This document shows positions 11,439-19,942 of a stretch of 64,000 nt of DNA, one piece after another. The DNA comes from an uncultured Gemmatimonadaceae bacterium (lineage in GTDB: Bacteria; Gemmatimonadota; Gemmatimonadetes; Gemmatimonadales; Gemmatimonadaceae). A program made the translations under genes and the position numbers. The notes under the pieces were generated by a model. The model saw nothing but the letters and a program-made list of their open reading frames with translations, made no database searches and had not been told where the DNA came from. Each line of letters starts with the position of its first letter. Position 1 is the stretch's first letter. Where the stretch lies: assembly GCA_963843845.1 (NCBI GenBank), contig CAWJMB010000003.1, positions 32,001 through 96,000 of the forward strand, read 5' to 3'.

Positions 11439-11656
11439 TGACCCGCTGATCCCCCCTCGCTCGTGATGGTCACCGCCGACTGCCGAGCGCCTCGATCACC
11501 GCCCGAACGGCCTGCGGCTCCCGCAGCCGCACGCCGAGCCGCCCCGCCCGTGCGAGGGGCCCCTGCATGTCGTCGACGATCACGCCGGCGCGCGTGCACC
11601 CGAGCTGCCGCTGCACGAAGCGCGCGTCCTCCAGGAACGCGCGCCGTGACGCGCGA

Positions 11657-11696
11657 CCGTCATACCGTCATACCGTCACGCCGTCACGCCGTCACG
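11657..11696. repeat. tandem 8-mer CCGTCA(TA/CG) x5
   Basis: Copies at 11657, 11665, 11673, 11681 and 11689; overlaps the stop of the upstream minus-strand ORF. Confidence 0.8.
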
Positions 11697-12174
11697 CCGC
11701 GATCGACACGTCGTCGTCGCTCCCCTCGGCGCCGTCGCCTTCCGCCACGTCGTCGGCGATCGTGACCTTGCGACGCCCTCCGCGCTCCGGCAGCACGAGA
11801 CACTCGCCGACGCCGCCGCCGAGCTGCGGCGGCAGCTCCACGCCGAGGCCGAAGCCGGTGCCGTGCGTGACGACCGCCGCGCGGAAATCCCCTGCCTCGA
11901 GCGCCGCGATCACGTGCGCTGCGACCGCCGAGAGCGCCGCGTTCGACTTCCGCTTCGCCGACTTCCCGTCGCCGAGGTGTGACATGGCGTGCGCGCGCAG
12001 CTCACGCGACACGAGGTCGCGCAGCAGCGTCAGCGACGGCGCGCGGAGAATGCGCACCTGCAGGCCGGAACCGCGGATCGCCTCCTCGCTCGACGATGCA
12101 GGAAGCGTGAGCCGCGCGCCGACGGTCGCGGTGACCTGCGTCGGGAGCGACGGCTGGAACGGAGAAGACCACAT
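11692..12174 (-). CDS. hypothetical protein
   Basis: ORF MWSSPFQPSLP... with coding-like composition filling an intergenic gap; no motif recognised. Confidence 0.45.
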   Translation of the reverse strand: MWSSPFQPSLPTQVTATVGARLTLPASSSEEAIRGSGLQVRILRAPSLTLLRDLVSRELRAHAMSHLGDGKSAKRKSNAALSAVAAHVIAALEAGDFRAAVVTHGTGFGLGVELPPQLGGGVGECLVLPERGGRRKVTIADDVAEGDGAEGSDDDVSIAA

Positions 12175-12247
12175 CGGAGGACGGCGGAGAGGGAAAGCGG
12201 CGTCGGAAGTCGTGTGCCGACTGACGAGCGCGTACCCTTCGGCGTCA

Positions 12248-13567
12248 CTACGGTTCCGGCCTCGGCTGCACGGGTCCCGGTGTCTCGCGCCCTCGCACGC
12301 ACACGGCGACGTACGCCGCCTCCGCCGCGGCACAGTCGCGCGCCACGGCGCCGCGCGCGGGGTGCACGAGCGCCATGCGGCGGCCGACCATCGCGTAGCA
12401 CGCCCCCTTCGCGTTCGCCGGCGCGTCGCGGCAGAGCGCGAGCGCCTTCCCCGCCGTCCAGCTCTCGTCGATGAACGACTCGGCCGCCCCCGCCACGCAC
12501 ACACCCGTCAGCGCCGTGTCGGCGAGTCGGCACGTCGCGACGAGCTCCGCGCTGCCGTCGACCCACCCGCCGAGCTGCTTGCCGAGCCCATGATGACACG
12601 CCTCGCGCGACGCGGCCGGCACCGTCGCGCATGTACGAGCGGTGCGCGCGAGGTCGTCGGTGAACTCGTAGAGCACGATCGGTTGGTACTGCCAGCACGA
12701 CGGCTGGTACGTCGAGGCCACGCTGTCGCACGGCCAGCGCAGATCCGCCCGGCGCAGTAGCGTCGCGTCGTTCGTCCCGGCGCGCGGCTCGGTGCCGCGC
12801 ACCGTGATCTCCATGAAGACGCCGTCGTGACATTCGCGGCGCGCCACACTGTCCGACAGTGCGTCGCACTGTCCGAGCGCCGTGCGATAGTCGTTGTGCA
12901 CGCGCGCCATCAGTCCATGCCCCATCCCGTGCGCGCACTCGAGCCGCGCGAGCGGCGCACTCCGCGCCCCCGCGATGGTGCCGCACAGCGCGTCGAGCGA
13001 CGCGCCAGCCACCGCGGCCGCGGGCGATGCGCGCGGCGACGTGAAGTACCCCTCCATCACGCCGTGCCAGCACCCCGCCTGGAACTCCTGCGTGCACTGC
13101 GCATACGTCGCCGGATCCCCTCCCGCGCGCGCGACCGCGAACCGCCCGAGCGCGTGCGCGACGACGTGCCCCATCGGGTCGGCACCCGGGTCGCGCGCGA
13201 TCAGCGCCCGCAGCGAATCGAGCGCTGCCGAGACCCCGCGGCGCCGCGCCGTGACGAAGATCGTCGCGACGTCCAGGTCGCGGTCGGACAGCGCCGCCCA
13301 GTCGACCGCGCCACTGTGCGCACCGTGCCCGCCGCTCGCGCCGAGCGCCACGGCCGACGGCGGCCCGCTCATGTCGTGCAGGTCGTGCGCGGCCACGCCA
13401 TGCGAAGCCCCAGGCGCCGTGTCCGGCCGCCCGGTCGACAGCGCGGCGGGCAGCGTCGACGATGCCGACGTCACCGCTGTCGGCCGAGGCGGACGCGCGA
13501 GGTACGTCCACGCTGCGCCGGCCAGGAGCAGCAACACGAGGGCGACGGCAGACCGGCGGCGTGGCAT
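12248..13567 (-). CDS. exported/membrane-anchored Cys/His helical-repeat protein
   Basis: N-terminal hydrophobic segment, His-rich linker, repeated CWHGVMEG, CAHGMGHG, CHDGVFME, CHHGLGK. Confidence 0.75.
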   Translation of the reverse strand: MPRRRSAVALVLLLLAGAAWTYLARPPRPTAVTSASSTLPAALSTGRPDTAPGASHGVAAHDLHDMSGPPSAVALGASGGHGAHSGAVDWAALSDRDLDVATIFVTARRRGVSAALDSLRALIARDPGADPMGHVVAHALGRFAVARAGGDPATYAQCTQEFQAGCWHGVMEGYFTSPRASPAAAVAGASLDALCGTIAGARSAPLARLECAHGMGHGLMARVHNDYRTALGQCDALSDSVARRECHDGVFMEITVRGTEPRAGTNDATLLRRADLRWPCDSVASTYQPSCWQYQPIVLYEFTDDLARTARTCATVPAASREACHHGLGKQLGGWVDGSAELVATCRLADTALTGVCVAGAAESFIDESWTAGKALALCRDAPANAKGACYAMVGRRMALVHPARGAVARDCAAAEAAYVAVCVRGRETPGPVQPRPEP

Positions 13568-13587
13568 GTCGCGTATACTATCGGACC

Positions 13588-14097
13588 ATGTTCTCCACCG
13601 ACATCCTGACGATCCTGCTCCGCGAGCTCGCCGCCGTGCGCCGGTCGATCGAGGCGTACCCGGACGACGCGAGTCTGTGGCAGACGCCCCCGGGCCCGCC
13701 CAACGCCGGGGGCACGCTCGTGCTGCACATCGCCGGCAACCTCCGCTACTACGTCGGCGCCGTCCTCGGCGGCTCGGGCTACGTGCGCGATAGAGACGCG
13801 GAGTTCGCGCGGCACGACGTCTCGCGCGAGGACTTGCTCGCCGAGGTCGACGCGACGCACGACGCGATCGCGGCGACGATCGAGGCACTCGCCGACGACG
13901 CGCTGGCGCAGCCGTACCCGGAGCGCGTCGGCGGGCGAACGGTGTCGACCGGCGATTGGCTCGTCCACCTCGCCGCGCACCTCGCCTACCACCTCGGGCA
14001 GCTCGACTATCACCGCCGTCTCGTGACCGGCGACCGCCGCTCGATCGGCGCGCTCCCGATCGCCGAGCTCCCAACGGCAACGCCGCCCGCACCCTGA
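13588..14097 (+). CDS. DinB superfamily protein
   Basis: LVLHIAGNL, YVRDRDAEF, HLAYHLGQLDYHRR. Confidence 0.85.
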   Translation: MFSTDILTILLRELAAVRRSIEAYPDDASLWQTPPGPPNAGGTLVLHIAGNLRYYVGAVLGGSGYVRDRDAEFARHDVSREDLLAEVDATHDAIAATIEALADDALAQPYPERVGGRTVSTGDWLVHLAAHLAYHLGQLDYHRRLVTGDRRSIGALPIAELPTATPPAP

Positions 14098-14131
14098 CGA
14101 ACAGAGCGCGGGCGGCGTGGAGGCGACGTCG

Positions 14132-14740
14132 TTAGGCGGCCCCGAACATTCCGAGAATCGTGTCGACCCCGTCGTCGACCCGCTGATTGAGGCGCAGGAA
14201 CGACGCGCGGTCCTCCGCGGCCATCGCCTCGCGCGCGATGTCGTTCAGGACGCGGCGCACCGACTCGCGGCTCCCGCCAGCGGAGCGTCCGGCACCCGCC
14301 GGCCGGCCGGGCCCGCGCTTCGCCGGCGCGGCCGCTGCAGCCGACGCGGCGTTTCCGCCGGTGCCAGCCGGCGTTGACGCCTTCGACGTCTTCGACGCGA
14401 CTGACGGCTGCGCAGACTGGGAAGGAGCCGCGGCTGCGCCCGACGTCACGGAGCTCTCGGACTTCGTGGCCGCCGGCGCCGACTTGGCGGCCGATGTCGC
14501 GGCCGGCTTTGCAGCCGGCTTCGCAGCTGGCTTCGCGGTCGGCTTGGCGCGGCCGGTCGCGGTGCCCGAGGCGCGGACAATCGGCAGGCGATACGTCGCA
14601 TGAAACTGGCGCGGCGACAGTCGGCGGATGCTCGAATCGAGATCGACGGCCTTCTTCAGCAGGACGTCGTTCCCGATCGACGGGTTCTTTCCCAGCTCCG
14701 AACGAACCATCGCGATAACACGCTCGTTTCTTGGCGGCAT
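14132..14740 (-). CDS. small basic Ala/Lys/Pro-rich protein, possibly nucleoid-associated
   Basis: AKPA repeats, AT-hook-like KRGPGRP, helical N- and C-terminal blocks. Confidence 0.7.
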   Translation of the reverse strand: MPPRNERVIAMVRSELGKNPSIGNDVLLKKAVDLDSSIRRLSPRQFHATYRLPIVRASGTATGRAKPTAKPAAKPAAKPAATSAAKSAPAATKSESSVTSGAAAAPSQSAQPSVASKTSKASTPAGTGGNAASAAAAAPAKRGPGRPAGAGRSAGGSRESVRRVLNDIAREAMAAEDRASFLRLNQRVDDGVDTILGMFGAA

Positions 14741-15117
14741 CGCCAGTCTCCTGAGGGCGTGTGAAGTGGTGAAGGCCCCGTGCAGCCGTGCGGGCCGAGC
14801 GTGCGACGAATCTCGTCAGTGCGGCAGGCGATTGCTACCGCAGGCGACGAAGTCGCTCGATTGGTCGCGTCGACTGACTAATACACGCGCCCTGCGAGGC
14901 GCCGGGCGGCTCGGAGGCCGACGACTGTCCCGGAACGCGCGGACTGTCGGAGCACGTCCTCCCTCGTCGCGGCCGTTCGACGCGCGGCGTCGAATGTCGC
15001 CGTGCATCCGACGCGCGTCGCGTCGGTCCTCCGATTCTCGCATCGCGCCGCTGTCGCCCCACCGGGCCGCGCCACTCCGTCGAGCGCCACGGCATGGGGG
15101 GGCCACTCACCGACCGA

Positions 15118-15246
15118 CTATCGGAAGATCCCGAAGTTCCCGAGCAGCCACCAGAGAATGACGAAGATCAGCACCGTCGAGAAGCAACCGCCGCCCAGCT
15201 TCTTCGCGCCGTACCCCGCGGCGAGACCACGTAAGAGTTTGCTCAT
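15118..15246 (-). CDS. 42-aa small membrane protein
   Basis: MSKLLRGLAAGYGAKKLGGGCFSTVLIFVILWWLLGNFGIFR: basic N-terminus plus one TM helix. Confidence 0.65.
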   Translation of the reverse strand: MSKLLRGLAAGYGAKKLGGGCFSTVLIFVILWWLLGNFGIFR

Positions 15247-15540
15247 TGTCGCTCGGCACCCCGGATGACTGAAGGCTGTGGGGGCGCGGCTCGACCACAC
15301 GCGTCGTCGCGCGGCCGTCGCTGCGCCCCGATCGAACGCGACTTCGTTTCGCACGTCGCGCGCCACTCACCAATTCGGCGACGGCACTGCCGCGCGCCGC
15401 CAGTACCCTCGGGGGCCGTGCACTACGCTGGGGGTCTGGCACCGGATTTGACTATCTCGTGCCCATGAATGCGAAGCACCTGAAGCCGCGGTCGAGATTC
15501 GTTCCATCGTAGCCCGAAGCCGATGTCGTCGAGGTATCCG

Positions 15541-16500
15541 ATGTCCACGCACGTGACGGTTCGTCCGGTCGTCGCCGCCCTGAGCCTGATCGCGCTCACC
15601 GGTCTTCCGCACACCGTCCGCGCCCAGTGCGTCGACCGCGATGGGCACGACGCGCACGAGTCGAGCGGCAGCGTGCTCGCGCACCCGTTCACCGACACGC
15701 CGGACTCGCTCCCGCAGAGCGCGCTCCGCACCACGGCAACGTCGCGCAACTCGCCGAAGCTGCGCGTCTTTCGCGAACGAGAGGCCGCGGCCCGGATGCG
15801 AGTGCACAAGGACGACGGCGCGCCGTACCGCGTGACGAAAGAAGTCCGCGAGAGCGACTGCGGCGATGTCGGGCTGCTCGCACCGAGCGTTGCGCTGACC
15901 CCGTGGGCGACGCCGGGCGTCGCGCTCCCATTCCCGACCATCCCCTCGCCGATCCGCCTCGCCGGCGTGAACCGGTCGCGCGACGGTCTGTTCGGCGCGT
16001 TGCTCATCGGCGCCATTACCGCGGGCGTCCTCGGCACCGGCGACGCAGGCACCGTCAGCGGTCCCCCGGTCGGCAATGGCCCGGTCGGCGGTGGCCCGGT
16101 CGGCGGTGGTCCGATCGACACGTCACCGACCCCGGGCACACCGATTCCACCGATCGCTCCGGTTCCTGACACACCCGGCGGCACGCCGAGCACGCCGGTC
16201 GACACCCCGGCGGGTTCCTCCTCCGGTGGGAGCACGCCGAGTGCTCCCGGCAGCGCGCCGGGCGTGCCCGGGAGTACCCCGGAGACGCCCGGCGTCCCCG
16301 GGGTGCCCGCAATCCCGACCTCACCTGTCACCCAGTTCCCTGGAACTCCCGGGGCACCCGACACCCCCGGTGCCGCCCCCGACGCCGCCGACACGTCGTT
16401 CGTCCCGACCGTTACCGCGACCCCCGAGCCCGCCACATGGATGCTCTTGGGGAGCGGCCTCCTCGCGGTGGCGTTTCGCCGGAGACGTCGTGTCGGCTGA
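15541..16500 (+). CDS. PEP-CTERM sorting-domain surface protein, Pro/Gly/Thr-rich
   Basis: Signal peptide ending VRA-Q; C-terminus TPEPATWMLLGSGLLAVAFRRRRR. Confidence 0.85.
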   Translation: MSTHVTVRPVVAALSLIALTGLPHTVRAQCVDRDGHDAHESSGSVLAHPFTDTPDSLPQSALRTTATSRNSPKLRVFREREAAARMRVHKDDGAPYRVTKEVRESDCGDVGLLAPSVALTPWATPGVALPFPTIPSPIRLAGVNRSRDGLFGALLIGAITAGVLGTGDAGTVSGPPVGNGPVGGGPVGGGPIDTSPTPGTPIPPIAPVPDTPGGTPSTPVDTPAGSSSGGSTPSAPGSAPGVPGSTPETPGVPGVPAIPTSPVTQFPGTPGAPDTPGAAPDAADTSFVPTVTATPEPATWMLLGSGLLAVAFRRRRRVG

Positions 16501-16532
16501 GCATCGCCGTCGATAGAGCGGTGCTGCCCCAA

Positions 16533-16570
16533 GGCGCGGTGATGAAACAGTATGGTGCCATCACCGCGCC
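16533..16570. terminator. 12-bp hairpin between convergent PEP-CTERM gene and msrB
   Basis: GGCGCGGTGATG (16533-16544) pairs with CATCACCGCGCC (16559-16570). Confidence 0.55.
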
Positions 16571-16623
16571 ACTCTTACAACAGAGTTGGGCTGACGCTTT
16601 CGTCTTCTATCGCCTCACTGCGG

Positions 16624-17079
16624 TCATCGCTCGAACAACGATGCGAACTCGCTGTACCCCTCGTCGGCGAGCCGGTCGGCCGGAATGAATCGCAGGGCAG
16701 CCGAATTCATGCAGTAGCGCTGGCCGGTCGGCTTCGGACCGTCGTCGAAGACGTGCCCCAGATGCGAATCGCCGCGGGTCGACCGCACCTCCGTGCGCGG
16801 CATGAACAGGGATCGGTCGCTCTTCATCCGCACATTCTCCGCGACCAGCGGCTTCGTGAAACTCGGCCATCCGGTCCCGGAGTCGAACTTGTCGAGCGAG
16901 CTGAAGAGCGGTTCCCCGGACACCACGTCCACATAGATGCCCGGCTCGTGGTTGTCCCAGTACGGATTCCGGAACGGCGGCTCGGTTCCCTCCTCCTGCG
17001 TCACTTTGAATTGCAGCGGGGACAGCGTCGCCCGGAGCACCTGCGTGTCTGGCTTGGTATAGCGGTCGTCTTGTGACAT
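16624..17079 (-). CDS. msrB: peptide-methionine (R)-S-oxide reductase
   Basis: [42 protein letters not shown]. Confidence 0.97.
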   Translation of the reverse strand: MSQDDRYTKPDTQVLRATLSPLQFKVTQEEGTEPPFRNPYWDNHEPGIYVDVVSGEPLFSSLDKFDSGTGWPSFTKPLVAENVRMKSDRSLFMPRTEVRSTRGDSHLGHVFDDGPKPTGQRYCMNSAALRFIPADRLADEGYSEFASLFER

Positions 17080-17501
17080 AACGTCCTTCGTTCAGAGTTC
17101 GTATCGCTCCGACGGTGCCGGCAGTGCGATGGCCCTCGCCTCCCCCGCACGTGGCGCGGCTCGCTCGGGTGAGTGGCCGATCGCGGGGATGCTCGTACCC
17201 CGCTCCCCACGCGGAGTCGCTCGCGCGCTTTCATCGCCCCACTCGTTCGGCGGCGCGTCGACAACCGGTCGACAGCGGCGTGACGTCGTGCACGCCGAAT
17301 CGTCATTGCCCACGATACGCACGACGACCGCGATCGCACGTCGGATCGCTCCGTAGGGACCCATATCCCCCAACGAGCGGCCCGTCGCCGCGATCACCGG
17401 CGCCCCGCCTCTCGCTGTCGAGGACAGGCGGGGCTTTCGTGCGTCTGCATCTGTGATCGGCGAGGGATTGCGCTTCGACGGGGGGACGCGCTCATTCGAT
17501 C

Positions 17502-18431
17502 GTGCCCCTCCATCCCCCTTCGCCGTTGCCTGGCGCTTCCCGACCCGACGAGCGCGCATCGCGCGGTCAGCGGACGCCGACACGGATACCGGCGAAGCTC
17601 GACCGGCGCCGCGTCCATGTGATCGATCGCGCGCTCGACTACGCTGCCCTCGCCGATTCCGGACAGTCTGCCGCACGAATCGCGCGGTTCCGGCGCCGAA
17701 GCCAGAGCTATGTGAGCATCGTGCTCCGACTCGGCCGCGCCGTCCGAGGTATGGAACCGGCCGAGTTAGCTGCCCTCCGCTCACCTCGAATCACGTGGAA
17801 GCTGGCGCAGCGCATCGTCCGCGAAGATGCCGACGTCGTCAGCATCCGTCAGCAGCTCCGCGCCGCGCTCGGCGGATTTTCGACCCATACAATCGACCAC
17901 CGTCGCCGCCGCGCCGTCACCCCGGGTCTCGGGACCTCCCGCACCATCCCCCCTGTCCCTGGCAGCGCCACACCCGCCGACCCCTCGACCGGCCTTCACT
18001 GGGACTCCGCCGCGTTCCGCCGAGCCCCTGACACATTCGTCGCCGAGTACGTCGCGGCGCTGCTCGCGACGCACGACGCGCTCTATCGCGCTGCCGAACG
18101 TCTCGCCGCGTCACTCGAGCGCAGCGGCGGGAAGCCGGTCGGCCAGAGTCTCAGAGCACTCGGGCGGACACTCGAGCGAGCGCGCGACGTGGACCTCGAC
18201 GGTTTCCCAAGTCGGTCACGCGGGCAGCACGCCACTGCTCCAGCGTCCTCGGCTACACAGCGCGCGCTGCGAGTACTCGACATCGTCGACGGCGGTTTGC
18301 AGCACGTTGCGAACAGCGTTGCGGCCTACCTCGCGACTGTCACGCCGTCAGCGAGGTCGCACGAGGGACCCCCGGTTCCCCGGCGGACGGCACCAGTGCC
18401 GGATCGTGATGCAGGCGGGGTGTCCGAGTGA
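17502..18431 (+). CDS. protein with ParB/Spo0J-like HTH domain but no N-terminal CTPase domain
   Basis: ALDYAALADSGQSAARIARFRRRSQSYVSIVLRLG...LRSPRITWKLAQRIV matches the Spo0J middle-domain pattern; no GxRR box; start uncertain. Confidence 0.55.
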   Translation: MPLHPPSPLPGASRPDERASRGQRTPTRIPAKLDRRRVHVIDRALDYAALADSGQSAARIARFRRRSQSYVSIVLRLGRAVRGMEPAELAALRSPRITWKLAQRIVREDADVVSIRQQLRAALGGFSTHTIDHRRRRAVTPGLGTSRTIPPVPGSATPADPSTGLHWDSAAFRRAPDTFVAEYVAALLATHDALYRAAERLAASLERSGGKPVGQSLRALGRTLERARDVDLDGFPSRSRGQHATAPASSATQRALRVLDIVDGGLQHVANSVAAYLATVTPSARSHEGPPVPRRTAPVPDRDAGGVSE

Positions 18432-18605
18432 CGTCGTGGCGCCTCCCTGAGCACGAAGCCCACACGCCAATTACCCGGTAATGTCCACAGGCTTCCTGTC
18501 GTCGGCGTAAGTCCAAACACCTCAAGGAAATAGCCGCAGGTAACGAAGGCGTGAGCAACGACGTTACGCTCACCCCCCCGCTTTCCGCTCGACCATGTGG
18601 CACGC

Positions 18606-18621
18606 TGTCCAACGTTGGACA
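18606..18621. promoter_or_regulatory. candidate parS site 1
   Basis: Perfect 16-bp palindrome TGTCCAACGTTGGACA upstream of parA. Confidence 0.7.
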
Positions 18622-18765
18622 GACGAGTCCGGCCCCCTCTTAGGGCACTCGTCCCTCACAGCTCTCAAGACCCCACGCCTCCCTAGGCTGCCATGTGCTT
18701 GAGATCGCCTCCGAAACGCTCCCCATTGCGTTCGAATGCACGTCTCCTGACGAACATGACGGCGA

Positions 18766-18787
18766 CGTCCAACGTTGGACAGAGCCG
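18766..18787. promoter_or_regulatory. candidate parS site 2
   Basis: CGTCCAACGTTGGACA followed by GAGCCG. Confidence 0.7.
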
Positions 18788-18835
18788 CACCGCTCTCTCG
18801 GATGATCCGCGAACGTGCGTCGCCGGATCATGCGG

Positions 18836-18857
18836 CGTCCAACGTTGGACAGAGCCG
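18836..18857. promoter_or_regulatory. candidate parS site 3
   Basis: CGTCCAACGTTGGACAGAGCCG, identical over 22 bp to site 2. Confidence 0.7.
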
Positions 18858-19167
18858 ATCCCGAGCCACGAATCGTGAACCGAGTCAGGTACGGCCTGTG
18901 AGTGGTCGCAGGCGGGACATGCGCGAGGGAGGCGTCGCTGCTGGCCCCGTGTGACGGTCGGTGGCGGAAGGGCTGCGACAGCCAGGATGCGTGTGACGCG
19001 GGCGTGACGATAGCACGGTAGAAGGGGACGTGCCGGACAGCCGTCGTCGATGTCGACAGGTGGCTTTCTGGGAGGCAACACCCCACGTAGCTTCCTCGCC
19101 CCACCGAACGCTGATGCGATTCCTCGCCCAGCTATCCTGTGTGTCCGACCGCGACGTCACGGGGAGT

Positions 19168-19192
19168 AGGGGCACCGGCGCTCGGTGCCCCT
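19168..19192. promoter_or_regulatory. 10-bp inverted repeat just upstream of parA
   Basis: AGGGGCACCG-N5-CGGTGCCCCT. Confidence 0.4.
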
Positions 19193-19228
19193 CAGCCCAT
19201 GCTGCACGGGTGACCTGGCTTGAACACC

Positions 19229-19939
19229 ATGCCTCAGATCCGCTTACTCGCTGTCGCCGCCGGACGCGGTGGAACAGGGAAATCCACGCTCGCGTTCGCC
19301 ATCGCGGACGCCCTCCGGCGGCTCGATCAGGCACTCGATGTCGCGCTCGTCGACCTCGATCCGCAGGCGGGTCTCACCGGATACGCGAAGCGGCCGCCGG
19401 CCGCCGACCCAGCAGTCGATGCGCCGGTCGACGTGCACGGCATCCCCCTTTACCGTGGCGGAAGGGGGCTCGCCCACGCGAGTGATGAGGATCTGGCACG
19501 CCACCTCACGCGCGCACTCGGCGACGGCGAGAATCGCGTGCTCGTGCTCGACATGGCTCCCGCACTGACGGACGCCGCCCACCGCGTGGTCTTCGCACGT
19601 GACGACGTCATGCTCCTCGGTGCCATCAAGACGGAACCGGGATCGTTTCAGTCGCTCAACGAACTCGTCGCGTACGCATCCCGCCGCCATGTGCCGTACA
19701 TGCTGGTGCCGACGATTCATCGAAGTGTCTTGCTCAACAACACGATGTTGCTCACGATGCGCCAGCAGCACGAGGGGCACGTGGCCGATGTGATCTTTCC
19801 ACTCGACGGGAAGGCGGCGGAATGCGTCGTCGCCGGACAACCCGTCACCATGTACGCGAAACGATCGAAGGCCGCGAAGGCGGTCTACGCGCTCGTCGAC
19901 GAGCTGTTCGGCGACGTGACTGCGACCAGAGGAGCCTAG
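19229..19939 (+). CDS. parA: ParA/Soj family partition ATPase
   Basis: Deviant Walker A GRGGTGKST, DLDPQ, VLDMAP, PVTMYAKRSKAA; directly upstream of parB. Confidence 0.9.
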   Translation: MPQIRLLAVAAGRGGTGKSTLAFAIADALRRLDQALDVALVDLDPQAGLTGYAKRPPAADPAVDAPVDVHGIPLYRGGRGLAHASDEDLARHLTRALGDGENRVLVLDMAPALTDAAHRVVFARDDVMLLGAIKTEPGSFQSLNELVAYASRRHVPYMLVPTIHRSVLLNNTMLLTMRQQHEGHVADVIFPLDGKAAECVVAGQPVTMYAKRSKAAKAVYALVDELFGDVTATRGA

Positions 19940-19942
19940 ACG

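Noticed and set aside
11470..11650. Minus-strand stretch reading RAFLEDARFVQRQLGCTRAGVIVDDMQG
   Set aside because: Coding-like but no in-frame start and no recognisable family
18481..18489. DnaA-box-like ATGTCCACA
   Set aside because: Single copy with two mismatches to TTATCCACA; not enough evidence
18606..18857. Palindromic repeats as a CRISPR array
   Set aside because: Only 16-22 bp, three copies, unequal 160/70 spacing and no cas genes
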